A DNA stretch of 35,254 nucleotides from Armatimonadota bacterium (GTDB lineage Bacteria > Sysuimicrobiota > Sysuimicrobiia > Sysuimicrobiales > Humicultoraceae): NCBI GenBank assembly GCA_052386995.1, contig JBQTJP010000052.1:1-35254 (forward strand). The letters are read 5' to 3'. The position numbers and the translations under genes are program-made. The stretch's first letter is position 1; every line of letters begins with the position of its first letter. The notes under the pieces were generated by a model. It was not told the DNA's origin. It did not search any database and worked only from the letters and a program-made list of their open reading frames with translations. Shown piece after piece: positions 27,806 through 35,240 of this stretch.

Positions 27806-28444
27806 ATGGAAGTGTCTTACATCCGTGTGCTCGTCATGGCCGAAGATCCGTGGATGCGGGCTCAGCTGTCTGCGGCGCTCGAAGACGATCCTGCCTGCGT
27901 CGTGGCAGGACATGTCGATCTGACCCGCGAGTCTACCGTCAACCTGCCGGAAGCCGACATCGCGGTCGTTGACCTGGCGGGAGACTCGCCGGAGACGATC
28001 GGGCGCCAGGACGCCCTTGACCGCCTCACTGTCCCGGCCGTGGTGCTCGTATCCGACAGGTCCTCCGCGCTGCGCGCCGTCGCCGCGGGAGCGCGCGGGG
28101 TTCTGGCGCGGGACGTCGAGGGCCCGGCACTCCTCGCCGCCTTGAGGGCCGCCGCCTATGGCCTGGCGGTGACCGATCCCGATCTCGCCAGCCCCGCTTC
28201 TCTGATTTTGGACCGGCCGGCCAGCGGGGGCACCGTCGCCCCGGCGGAGGAGTTCACGCCCCGGGAGCGCGAGGTGCTGCAACTGCTCTCAGAAGGCCTG
28301 CCGAACAGGGAGATCGCCCGCCGCCTCGGTGTCAGTAGTCACACCGTCAAGTTCCACATGAACACGATCTTCGGCAAACTGGACGCCCACACGCGCACCG
28401 AAGCGGTGACGCGCGCCGCGCGGCTTGGCCTGATCACCCTCTGA
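27806..28444 (+). CDS. NarL/LuxR family response regulator with atypical receiver
   Basis: C-terminal LuxR HTH FTPREREVLQLLSEGLPNREIARRLGVSSHTVKFH. The receiver has VVDL but Arg (GVLARD) at the conserved Lys position. Confidence 0.88.
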   Translation: MEVSYIRVLVMAEDPWMRAQLSAALEDDPACVVAGHVDLTRESTVNLPEADIAVVDLAGDSPETIGRQDALDRLTVPAVVLVSDRSSALRAVAAGARGVLARDVEGPALLAALRAAAYGLAVTDPDLASPASLILDRPASGGTVAPAEEFTPREREVLQLLSEGLPNREIARRLGVSSHTVKFHMNTIFGKLDAHTRTEAVTRAARLGLITL

Positions 28445-28540
28445 GGTTTCCACCCAACCCCTCCAACATGTCCCTCCCCAAACGACCGGGGCGCTGTTTG
28501 CCACGGTCTCCTATGCTGGATGCCGACGGGAGGTGTGTCC

Positions 28541-29443
28541 ATGGAGGTCTTGAGAGATCTCTCCGAAGCGCTGGGGAACGTCGTGGAGGCGGTCGGGTCA
28601 TCGGTGGTACGCGTTGAGGCGCGGCGCCGTCGGGGGGGAACGGGTGTAGCGTGGTCGGAGGGCGTCATCGTGACGGCCGATCACGTGCTCGAGCGTGAAG
28701 AAGGCGTGGAGGTTGGCCTGCCGGACGGCGACGTCAGGCCTGCCGTCGTAGCCGCGCGCGATCCTTCCAGCGATCTGGCCGTTCTCAAGATTGATGGGCC
28801 CGGTCCCAGAGTGGCTCCCTGGAGCGACTTCCAGGGCGTCAAGGTGGGCCACCTGGTGCTGGCTCTGGGAAGGCCCGGGCGCGCGCTGCGGGCGCGCCTG
28901 GGCATCGTCGCCGCGTTAGGTGAGCGCTGGCGGTTCCCCGGAGGCGCGGAGTTTGACCGCTATCTCGAGTCCGACGTCGGGATCGTTCCGGGTTTCTCGG
29001 GAGGCCCATTGATCGATGTCGCCGGGAAGATCCTGGGAATCAACACCGCCGCGCTGCCCGGGCGCCGCACCATCACGATCCCATCCGAGACCGTTCGGCG
29101 GGTGGTCGAGTCGCTCCTTGCGCACGGCCGCATCCGCCGTGGGTACCTCGGTGTGGGGCTTCAGCCCGTCCTGCTCTCCGCGCGCCTGCAGAGGGAACTT
29201 GGGCAAGAGAGTGGGCTGCTGGTAGTCTCGGTTGAGCCGGGGAGCCCCGCCGAGGGGGCGGAGTTCGTGATGGGGGACGCGATCATCGGCGTGGACGGCG
29301 AGCCCGTCGGCTCGCACACCGACCTGCGCGATCTCCTGACCGGCGAGCGGATCGGCTCCCCGGTCGTGCTCAAGATCGTGCGCGCGGGCCAGGTGCGTGA
29401 CGTGAACGTCGTTGTCGGGGAGAGGCGCTTGAAGACGGCTTAG
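28541..29443 (+). CDS. Trypsin-like serine protease with PDZ domain (S1C/HtrA-like), no signal peptide
   Basis: Triad TADHV / SSDLAVL / PGFSGGPL; PDZ GYLGV...VEPGSPAE. ATG 28541 after GGGAGGT. Confidence 0.92.
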   Translation: MEVLRDLSEALGNVVEAVGSSVVRVEARRRRGGTGVAWSEGVIVTADHVLEREEGVEVGLPDGDVRPAVVAARDPSSDLAVLKIDGPGPRVAPWSDFQGVKVGHLVLALGRPGRALRARLGIVAALGERWRFPGGAEFDRYLESDVGIVPGFSGGPLIDVAGKILGINTAALPGRRTITIPSETVRRVVESLLAHGRIRRGYLGVGLQPVLLSARLQRELGQESGLLVVSVEPGSPAEGAEFVMGDAIIGVDGEPVGSHTDLRDLLTGERIGSPVVLKIVRAGQVRDVNVVVGERRLKTA

Positions 29444-29446
29444 CGC

Positions 29447-29475
29447 TTGCCGCTCTGTGAGGCCATCTCTATAAT
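29447..29475 (+). promoter_or_regulatory. Sigma70 promoter of tRNA-Val
   Basis: TTGCCG (29447-29452), 17 nt spacer, TATAAT (29470-29475), then a GC-rich discriminator. Confidence 0.85.
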
Positions 29476-29487
29476 GAGGGGCGCACC

Positions 29488-29562
29488 GGGCGCTTAGCTC
29501 AGGGGTAGAGCACCATCCTGACGCGATGGGGGTCGCAGGTTCAAATCCTGCAGCGCCCACCA
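29488..29562 (+). tRNA. tRNA-Val (anticodon GAC)
   Basis: Acceptor GGGCGCT/AGCGCCC, D arm GCTC/GAGC, anticodon stem CCATC/GATGG with loop CT-GAC-GC, T arm GCAGG-TTCAAAT-CCTGC, discriminator A, encoded CCA. 75 nt. Confidence 0.97.
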
Positions 29563-29808
29563 CCAGGTTCAATTCTCTCTCCCGAAGCCGCCGAGTACTC
29601 CTTGGCTCAAGCTGCCGAGAAATCTTTTCGTCACTCGAGTCCCTGAGTGCCTTCCTCGGCGCTTCTTCTTGGGATCAAATGAAGCCGTCGGACGTGCGCG
29701 GACTGAGCCATGAGCATGACAGTTGTGGGCAGGAATTGCCCATCTCCTGAAGAATGCCAGCGCTCGACCCACGAGAGAGCCCTCGACAGCCGGGAGTCAG
29801 GGAGCGGG

Positions 29809-30651
29809 ATGCGGGGAATCTCGCTCGAGCTCAAGGAGAATACGCGCCGACAAGCGGGCGCCGGATCATCCTCTGTAACGCTGCCAGCGAGAGTCCCTGT
29901 TCTGATTTGCCTGCTGGGGAATTTCCGCGTATTGAAGCTGGGTCGGACCGTCGCGATTCCAACGGGCGGCAAGTGCGAAAGGCTCTTGCGCGTCCTTGCC
30001 CTGCGCTCTCGATGCGCCATCCCGCGTGACACCCTCCTGAGCCTGCTGTGGCCTACTAGCGGCTCAGCAATGGCCGGCCAATCGCTCAATAGTGCCGTTT
30101 ACACCCTCCACAGACTGTTAGGCGATGTGCTCGGCGGCCCTGGTCCTGTTGTTCATACAGGTAGCATGTATCGATTGAACACTGAAGCGGGCGTTGGTAC
30201 CGATGTGGCGTTGTTCGACACTTTTGCCAACGCAGGTGATTGCAAGAGACGGGCATCCAACCTGACCGAAGCCTCCAGCCACTATGGGGAGGCGGTTGCA
30301 CTCTACCAGGGAGATCTCGAGGGTGAGGCGGATGTGGAATCTTTGATGGAGCGAGAACGCCTGCGGGCTCGGTATTTCACTCTGCTCTTTCTGCTGTCCG
30401 ACTTCTATTGCACCAAAGGTGCGTACGCAGCTGCGCTTGCCCAGGTTCAATTACTCCTGGCCCGTGACCCTTGTCGTGAAGATGCTCACCGCATGGCGAT
30501 GCGATGCTACGTGAAGCTGGGACAACGGGCCCAGGCACTCCGACAGTATCGCCTGTGTGAGCAACTCCTCCGTGCCGAGTTCAATGCCGCTCCTGAGCCG
30601 AGCACCACAGCCCTGTTCGAGCAAGTCCGACTTCAGCCAAACGGCGTCTGA
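29809..30651 (+). CDS. Small SARP-family transcriptional activator (OmpR-type wHTH + BTAD)
   Basis: LLGNFRV...RDTLLSLLWP...SLNSAVYTLHRLL (wHTH); TDVALF, ALYQGDL, ERERLR, DPCREDAHRMAMRCY...GQRAQALRQY...PEPSTTAL (BTAD). Start ATG 29809 (GGGAG) or 29710. Confidence 0.88.
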   Translation: MRGISLELKENTRRQAGAGSSSVTLPARVPVLICLLGNFRVLKLGRTVAIPTGGKCERLLRVLALRSRCAIPRDTLLSLLWPTSGSAMAGQSLNSAVYTLHRLLGDVLGGPGPVVHTGSMYRLNTEAGVGTDVALFDTFANAGDCKRRASNLTEASSHYGEAVALYQGDLEGEADVESLMERERLRARYFTLLFLLSDFYCTKGAYAAALAQVQLLLARDPCREDAHRMAMRCYVKLGQRAQALRQYRLCEQLLRAEFNAAPEPSTTALFEQVRLQPNGV

Positions 30652-30686
30652 GACCTAGGGATCCTCGGCCGTAGGCCATTTCTGCC

Positions 30687-30740
30687 TTCACACGTGCCTC
30701 AGATTCGTTTCAGGAAGTATTCAGAATGATGTGCTAGCCT
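30687..30740 (+). promoter_or_regulatory. Putative SARP-activated promoter: four 11-bp-phased heptamers plus extended -10
   Basis: TTCACAC (30687), CTCAGAT (30698), TTCAGGA (30709), TTCAGAA (30720); 8 bp gap; TG-c-TAGCCT with the -10 at 30735-30740. Confidence 0.65.
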
Positions 30741-30870
30741 GCCATTCGTAAAGAAACGAAGCTGATAATGCTGTTGCGCTGCGCGCTGTTTCGTTGTACC
30801 CATGTCCCTGACCAGCTGGACGCAACGGGGAATAAATCAAACCTTCCCAATCACGGAGCGAGGTGGATAC

Positions 30871-31536
30871 ATGAACAAGCTATGGGTTCGCGCCTGCGGT
30901 GGAAGTCTGACCATAGCGTTCATCGTACTTGGCGTTCTCACCTTTGAGAGTTGGTCTCAAACTACCTACGCGTTTACGCCGTCCTCAGCCTTACAGGAAC
31001 TAGCGCAAGTCCAAACTCCACTTCACGAGATCCGTCGTTGTCCGACCCGGACCATTAGGGACAGGTGGAGCTTCGAAATGGACCCGCAAAGTGACAGGAT
31101 CCCTCCCGATCCTCCGACGAGAAGAAGAGGCGTTCATCTGAGGACTAATGGTATCCCGGAGTGGAGGCCGATGGCATTCGGTCGCGGCGGGGTTCTGGTG
31201 CTTGCCTTTGACCCGACTGTCATTAGGATACCAAACGCCAATTTGGTGGATGACTGCGCCAAAGATGTCGCGTTTGAAATTGTCTACCGCTTCCTGGGCG
31301 ACGAGAGGCGGAGGCTGAGAACGCCTGGAGTCGCCGGCAACGATGCGATTACTTTCCGTTTCGTTGGTGAGCAGCACACCCCATTAGAGATGGGTTGGAA
31401 AAGATATCAGGCCGCATGGACCAGAGAGCTATGTCCGAGATTTGAGGCTATCACCATACGAGAATTAGAAGATATCCCGGATGCGCTCTTAGTGGATGAC
31501 GTGATAGTTGAGACTACGTGCCGCCGCCGGACATAG
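30871..31536 (+). CDS. Secreted/membrane-anchored hypothetical protein
   Basis: ATG 30871 after GAGGTGG; N-terminal hydrophobic segment LTIAFIVLGVLTF; four Cys in the mature part. Confidence 0.7.
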   Translation: MNKLWVRACGGSLTIAFIVLGVLTFESWSQTTYAFTPSSALQELAQVQTPLHEIRRCPTRTIRDRWSFEMDPQSDRIPPDPPTRRRGVHLRTNGIPEWRPMAFGRGGVLVLAFDPTVIRIPNANLVDDCAKDVAFEIVYRFLGDERRRLRTPGVAGNDAITFRFVGEQHTPLEMGWKRYQAAWTRELCPRFEAITIRELEDIPDALLVDDVIVETTCRRRT

Positions 31537-31564
31537 TTGACACTAAGAAACGAAAGGAGCGAGC

Positions 31565-32374
31565 ATGCCTAGGGCAATCTGTGCGTTGAGTGTCAGCGCA
31601 GCGGCAATCGTGATTGCGATCTCCTTGATCATGACGAGTGACCCTACGCGTCCAGCGTATGCGCAACTACCATCGAGTACGAACAGATTCTGCATTTCTG
31701 GAAACTCCAATGGAGTTGGTTGGAGCTGGGGAATAGTGTCAGCCGGGAGGCTGGTAACATCAGATGCGCGGGTAGGGCCCGTTGCAGCAGGCGGAACGTG
31801 CCAAGCTCTGACACGGGTATTTGTCGCCTCCATCAATGCACAGAATAGAACAAAGGAAGACTGTTTCGCGGTTAGAGAACCTGCGACTCAGGACTCGTGC
31901 CATTTCAGAATTACGTGTCCCGCCTTGAGAGACTTTAGGCTCTTCGTTGGAGACTTTGGAGGCGATCCAACTACGGGCAGGGAGGTCACTCCTCTAGGAA
32001 CCCCATTCAATCCAGATATATTCGAAATGCTTCCCATTGTGATCGATATTAGGCCACGCAGTTCCGAGAACAGAGTCCGTCCCGGCAGCCCGAGGCTGAT
32101 TCCGGTGGCAATCCTAACGACCGAAGCGTTTGATGCTGCTGCACTGGATGCGTCCACAGTCCGTTTTGGCAGAAATGCGACTGAGGCCGCTCCAGTGGGC
32201 GCTCCTATCCTGCGGGATGTAAATGGCGACGGGACTATCGATATGCTGCTTCGGTTCAGAATCAGGGATACAGCCATCGTTTGCGGAGATACTTCCGCTT
32301 TCCTCACAGGCATGACGGTCAGGGGTGAGGCGGTCATGGGACTCGATAACATTACAACGGTGGGATGTAGATAG
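31565..32374 (+). CDS. Secreted protein: Cys-rich N-domain plus C-terminal 'IDIxP...IPVAIL...DxNGDG' domain
   Basis: RBS AAGGAG; signal peptide ending AYA|Q; C-terminal IDIRPRSSENRV...IPVAILTT...STVRFG...DVNGDGTIDMLLRF...CGDTSAFLTG. Confidence 0.8.
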   Translation: MPRAICALSVSAAAIVIAISLIMTSDPTRPAYAQLPSSTNRFCISGNSNGVGWSWGIVSAGRLVTSDARVGPVAAGGTCQALTRVFVASINAQNRTKEDCFAVREPATQDSCHFRITCPALRDFRLFVGDFGGDPTTGREVTPLGTPFNPDIFEMLPIVIDIRPRSSENRVRPGSPRLIPVAILTTEAFDAAALDASTVRFGRNATEAAPVGAPILRDVNGDGTIDMLLRFRIRDTAIVCGDTSAFLTGMTVRGEAVMGLDNITTVGCR

Positions 32375-32414
32375 GTAAGCTATCTAACCGTCGACGCTGC
32401 AATTGCGGCAAGTG

Positions 32415-32459
32415 TCACGAGTCAAACGACTTGTGAGCCCTGGGTATGGGCTTATACCC
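32415..32459. terminator. Possible terminator hairpins between convergent genes
   Basis: TCACGAGTC-AAAC-GACTTGTGA (32415-32436) and GGGTATG-GGCT-TATACCC (32442-32459). No clear U tract. Confidence 0.35.
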
Positions 32460-32472
32460 CACTCATCTTGAG

Positions 32473-33264
32473 TCAACCCGCCGCCTCTTCCTTGACCGGA
32501 ACCGTGTAGTTGAGACCCAGCCGACCGCCGTCGGCGTAGATGGTCTGGCCCGTGATGTAGCTTGCATCCGCCGAAGCGAGAAAGCAGGCGACGGCAGCGA
32601 TCTCCTCAGGGTCACCAATCCGTCCGAGCGGCGTGCGTGCCAGCAGGCGGCGTTTCGCCTCCCTGTCGGTGGCGACCGCCTGCAGGATTTCGGTCATGAT
32701 GGAGCCCGGGCCGATGGCATTGACCCGAATGCCGTAAGGCGCGAGCGACAGCGCCATGACCTTCGTGAGCTGGTCGAGCCCGCCTTTGGACACGCAGTAA
32801 GGCACCTGGTTGGGGATCGCGACGACCGCATTGATCGAGCTCATGTTGATGATAGTGCCGGGCGCCTTGCCGGCCTTCACCTGCGCCACCATCTGCCTGG
32901 CCGCCTCCTGACCGACCAGGAACGCGCCCTTGAGGTTTACACGCAGCACGCGGTCGAAATCAGCCTCCGAGATGTCGAGAAAGTCCGCGGAATGAATGAT
33001 GCCGGCGTTGTTGACGACGATGTCGACGCCGCCGAGCGAAATGGCTTCGGCTACGAGCCTGCGCGCCTCGCCTGCCTCGCCGACGTCGGCTTTGACGAAG
33101 CGGCAATTGCCGCCGAGCGCAGCCGCGCTCGCCGCGCCTACCTTATCGTTGATGTCGGCAATGACGACCCTGGCGCCTTCTGTGACGTAGCGCTTGGCGA
33201 TCGCAAGTCCGATCCCGCGCGCGCCGCCGGTGACGATCGCGATCTTGTTGTCGAGTTGGCCCAT
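32473..33264 (-). CDS. Classical short-chain dehydrogenase/reductase (SDR)
   Basis: TGGARGIG, VNNAG, NMSS, catalytic YCVSK, IRVNAIGPG, ITGQTIYADGG. True start ATG 33264 (MGQLDNK). Confidence 0.92.
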   Translation of the reverse strand: MGQLDNKIAIVTGGARGIGLAIAKRYVTEGARVVIADINDKVGAASAAALGGNCRFVKADVGEAGEARRLVAEAISLGGVDIVVNNAGIIHSADFLDISEADFDRVLRVNLKGAFLVGQEAARQMVAQVKAGKAPGTIINMSSINAVVAIPNQVPYCVSKGGLDQLTKVMALSLAPYGIRVNAIGPGSIMTEILQAVATDREAKRRLLARTPLGRIGDPEEIAAVACFLASADASYITGQTIYADGGRLGLNYTVPVKEEAAG

Positions 33265-33305
33265 GGGGAGGGATTCGAGCGCCGGTCGGACCAACCTTTG
33301 AGAAG

Positions 33306-33713
33306 TTATCCCCTGTTCGTTATGAGGTCCCAGTGGGTCCGGTTCAACGCTCTCGGCAAGCCGACAAGGCAACCGATCGCCAAAGGCAGATCCCCCAGTG
33401 CCAGCAACCCGATGAAAGTGCCAGCGCTTCCACCAAAGTCGAGTGAGAAGGCGGCCACAACGAAAATCAACCGGACAATCCCATTCCAATAGGGAAACGC
33501 GCCGTACTTCTCAAGGTCTCGCGAGGAGAGAAAGAGCACGAGGCCTGCAAAGAGCCCCATGAGGGCCGGCAGCCACACCCAAAACGGGGAGTGGGGTAAC
33601 GTGACACCAAGAAAGGGAAGAACGCCTGGTGTGTCAGGAAGACCAGCACAGCGCTGGCATTGTAGATACCAGCCATCCGCACAAACGTCGTCATAGACTG
33701 CATGTTGAATCAT
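33306..33713 (-). pseudogene. Small membrane protein gene with N-terminal frameshift(s)
   Basis: A TM-like N-terminus MTTFVRMAGIYNASAVLVFLT lies in one frame and joins PGVLPFLGVTLPHSPFW... if 2 nt are removed from the (AC)3 run at 33629-33634. SD AAGGAGG and the ATGA overlap point to ATG 33713. Confidence 0.65.
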
Positions 33714-34126
33714 TTTGGACCTCCTTTAGAGGCGTCTCTGATGGCCAACACCAGGAGCAGCCCCAATAGGTAGTGTGTTGGGACGGCAACAAGGACCCCA
33801 ACACGTCCGGCGGTAGTTGAAAAGATCCCCTGGTCACGCAAGAGCAGCCACATGACCTAATCGATGGTCGCGCTGCCGATCTGGTAGAACGCGAGCGCTT
33901 TGGCGACGCCAAGATGGGGGTCCTTCCTCAAGGTCCATGCGATCCACGCTTGGGACGCGAGCGCCATGCCCAGCAACTTGGCGAGCCACTGACCATCAGC
34001 GTTCAAAACCCAGCCGGTCACCGAGAGGACCATGCTTGGTGGGGTGAGTATCCCGATGGCCGCGTAGATCCATTCGAGCACCGCGACGACGGCAAACAGG
34101 AATCTAAGATCCCTCAGTCTGTTCAT
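33710..34126 (-). pseudogene. 4-TM membrane protein gene interrupted by in-frame TAG
   Basis: MNRLRDLRF...SATID-TAG(33857-33859)-VMWLLLRDQGIFSTTAGRVGVLVAVPTHYLLGLLLVLAIRDASKGGPK-TGA(33710-33712). RBS GGGAGGAG; the final TGA overlaps the next ATG. Confidence 0.8.
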
Positions 34127-34140
34127 CGTGCTCCTCCCGC

Positions 34141-35053
34141 CTAGTGTCGGACATCGGGGCACCGGCGAAACTCGCTCGGCGACATCCCGTTCCACGAACG
34201 AAACGCTCGGTAGAACGAATTCGGATCCTCGAAGCCGAGAAGAAACGAGACCTCGCCGTCGCCGAACGACGTCGAGCTGAGGTACCCACGTGCGTGCTCG
34301 TTGCGGACCGCGTCGAGCACCTGACGGAAGGACGTCCCGTTGTCTTTGAGGAGGCGCTGCATCGCCCTCATGCTCATCGCCAGTTCCCTGGCCACCGTGC
34401 GCGCCGTCGGTCGTTGCCCGCGGAGCCGCTGGGCGATGACGGAGCGTATACGCGCGACGACTAAGGTGGGGAAGGGAGGAGTATTCGCTTGGAGGTAGGG
34501 GACCAGCGCGTTCAGCAGTTGCGGATTGAACGTGACGAACGGCTTCGCGGTGTCCTCGGCGGCGAATACTATCGCGTTCTTCACGGCGCCGAGCCGGATC
34601 GGGCAGCGGAAGAAGGCGGCGTGGTCGGCTCCCTCTTCGAGCGCGGAGGCGTGAAGGTGGACCTCGCGCGGCGTGAGGTCCGCGCAGCGCGTGCCGCGCC
34701 GGCACATTTCGACGATGAAGGCGAGCTCGGTGTCGACGAGAACTTGCGGCAAGGACGTCTCGTACGGCGGCCATTCGTACGTCAACACGACCTGTTTCGC
34801 CGCGTCGTCGACGCGTACCACGAGGTCTTCGGGGCTGAGGAGTCGCTTGTATGTAGACAACACCTGGATGGCCCGCCACAGCGCGAAGTACTGCGGTACC
34901 GCCACCCGCTGGCCGGGGGTGTCGAGGAGCCGTGACGGAAGCCCAGCGGTTGCGAGCACCTCTACGGGTGACAGCCCGGCTTCCCGCAACGCCTCGGCCA
35001 GCCCCATGGGGACCTTACAGGCGAGTGCCTTTTTGAACTTCCGTGCGACTCAT
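34141..35053 (-). pseudogene. AraC family regulator (N-terminal ligand domain + HTH) with 5' frameshift and probable internal deletion
   Basis: HTH VARELAMSMRAMQRLL...VSFLLGFEDPNSFYRAFRSWNGMSPSEFR. The SD-preceded ATG 35053 joins the body (MSRTEVQKALACKVPMGLAEAL) only if one A is removed from the A5 run at 35030-35034. An intact ORF remains from ATG 35007. Confidence 0.7.
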
Positions 35054-35120
35054 CTCTTCCTCCGATGGTGCTTGGAACGACGACCGCGCCCAGTATGCGA
35101 GGCGCAGTGACGGCGGTCAA

Positions 35121-35156
35121 TTGCACAACACGCCAACCTTCTTGCAGAACGCGCCA
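35121..35156 (+). promoter_or_regulatory. Tandem direct repeat, putative AraC-family operator
   Basis: TTGCACAACACGCCA (35121-35135) and TTGCAGAACGCGCCA (35142-35156): 13/15 identical, 21-bp period, located between araC and a divergent gene. Confidence 0.65.
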
Positions 35157-35240
35157 CGCCCTTTCATGTCCGGGAGGAAGGGGTGGACCTGCCTCGAACC
35201 TCCCCGCGATCGCTGCTTGGGTCTCCTGCAGGAGGTGAGT

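Noticed and set aside
32382..32460. Integron attC site after the secreted protein gene (ATCTAAC fits RYYYAAC)
   Set aside because: No complementary GTTRRRY at a suitable distance, no integron integrase, and no repeated cassette structure.
29809..33264. SARP-controlled secondary-metabolite cluster
   Set aside because: No PKS, NRPS or RiPP machinery is in the window; the adjacent genes are secreted proteins and a convergent SDR.
33857..33859. Genome-wide TAG recoding or pyrrolysine
   Set aside because: TAG ends many intact genes at expected positions (e.g. 24981, 26677, 32374), no pyl genes are seen, and neighbouring genes are also damaged.
33857..34879. 340-aa minus-strand ORF as a single gene
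   Set aside because: Its first ~250 codons are an alternative frame of araC. Only the part from ATG 34126, which has a strong SD, is a real membrane-protein gene.
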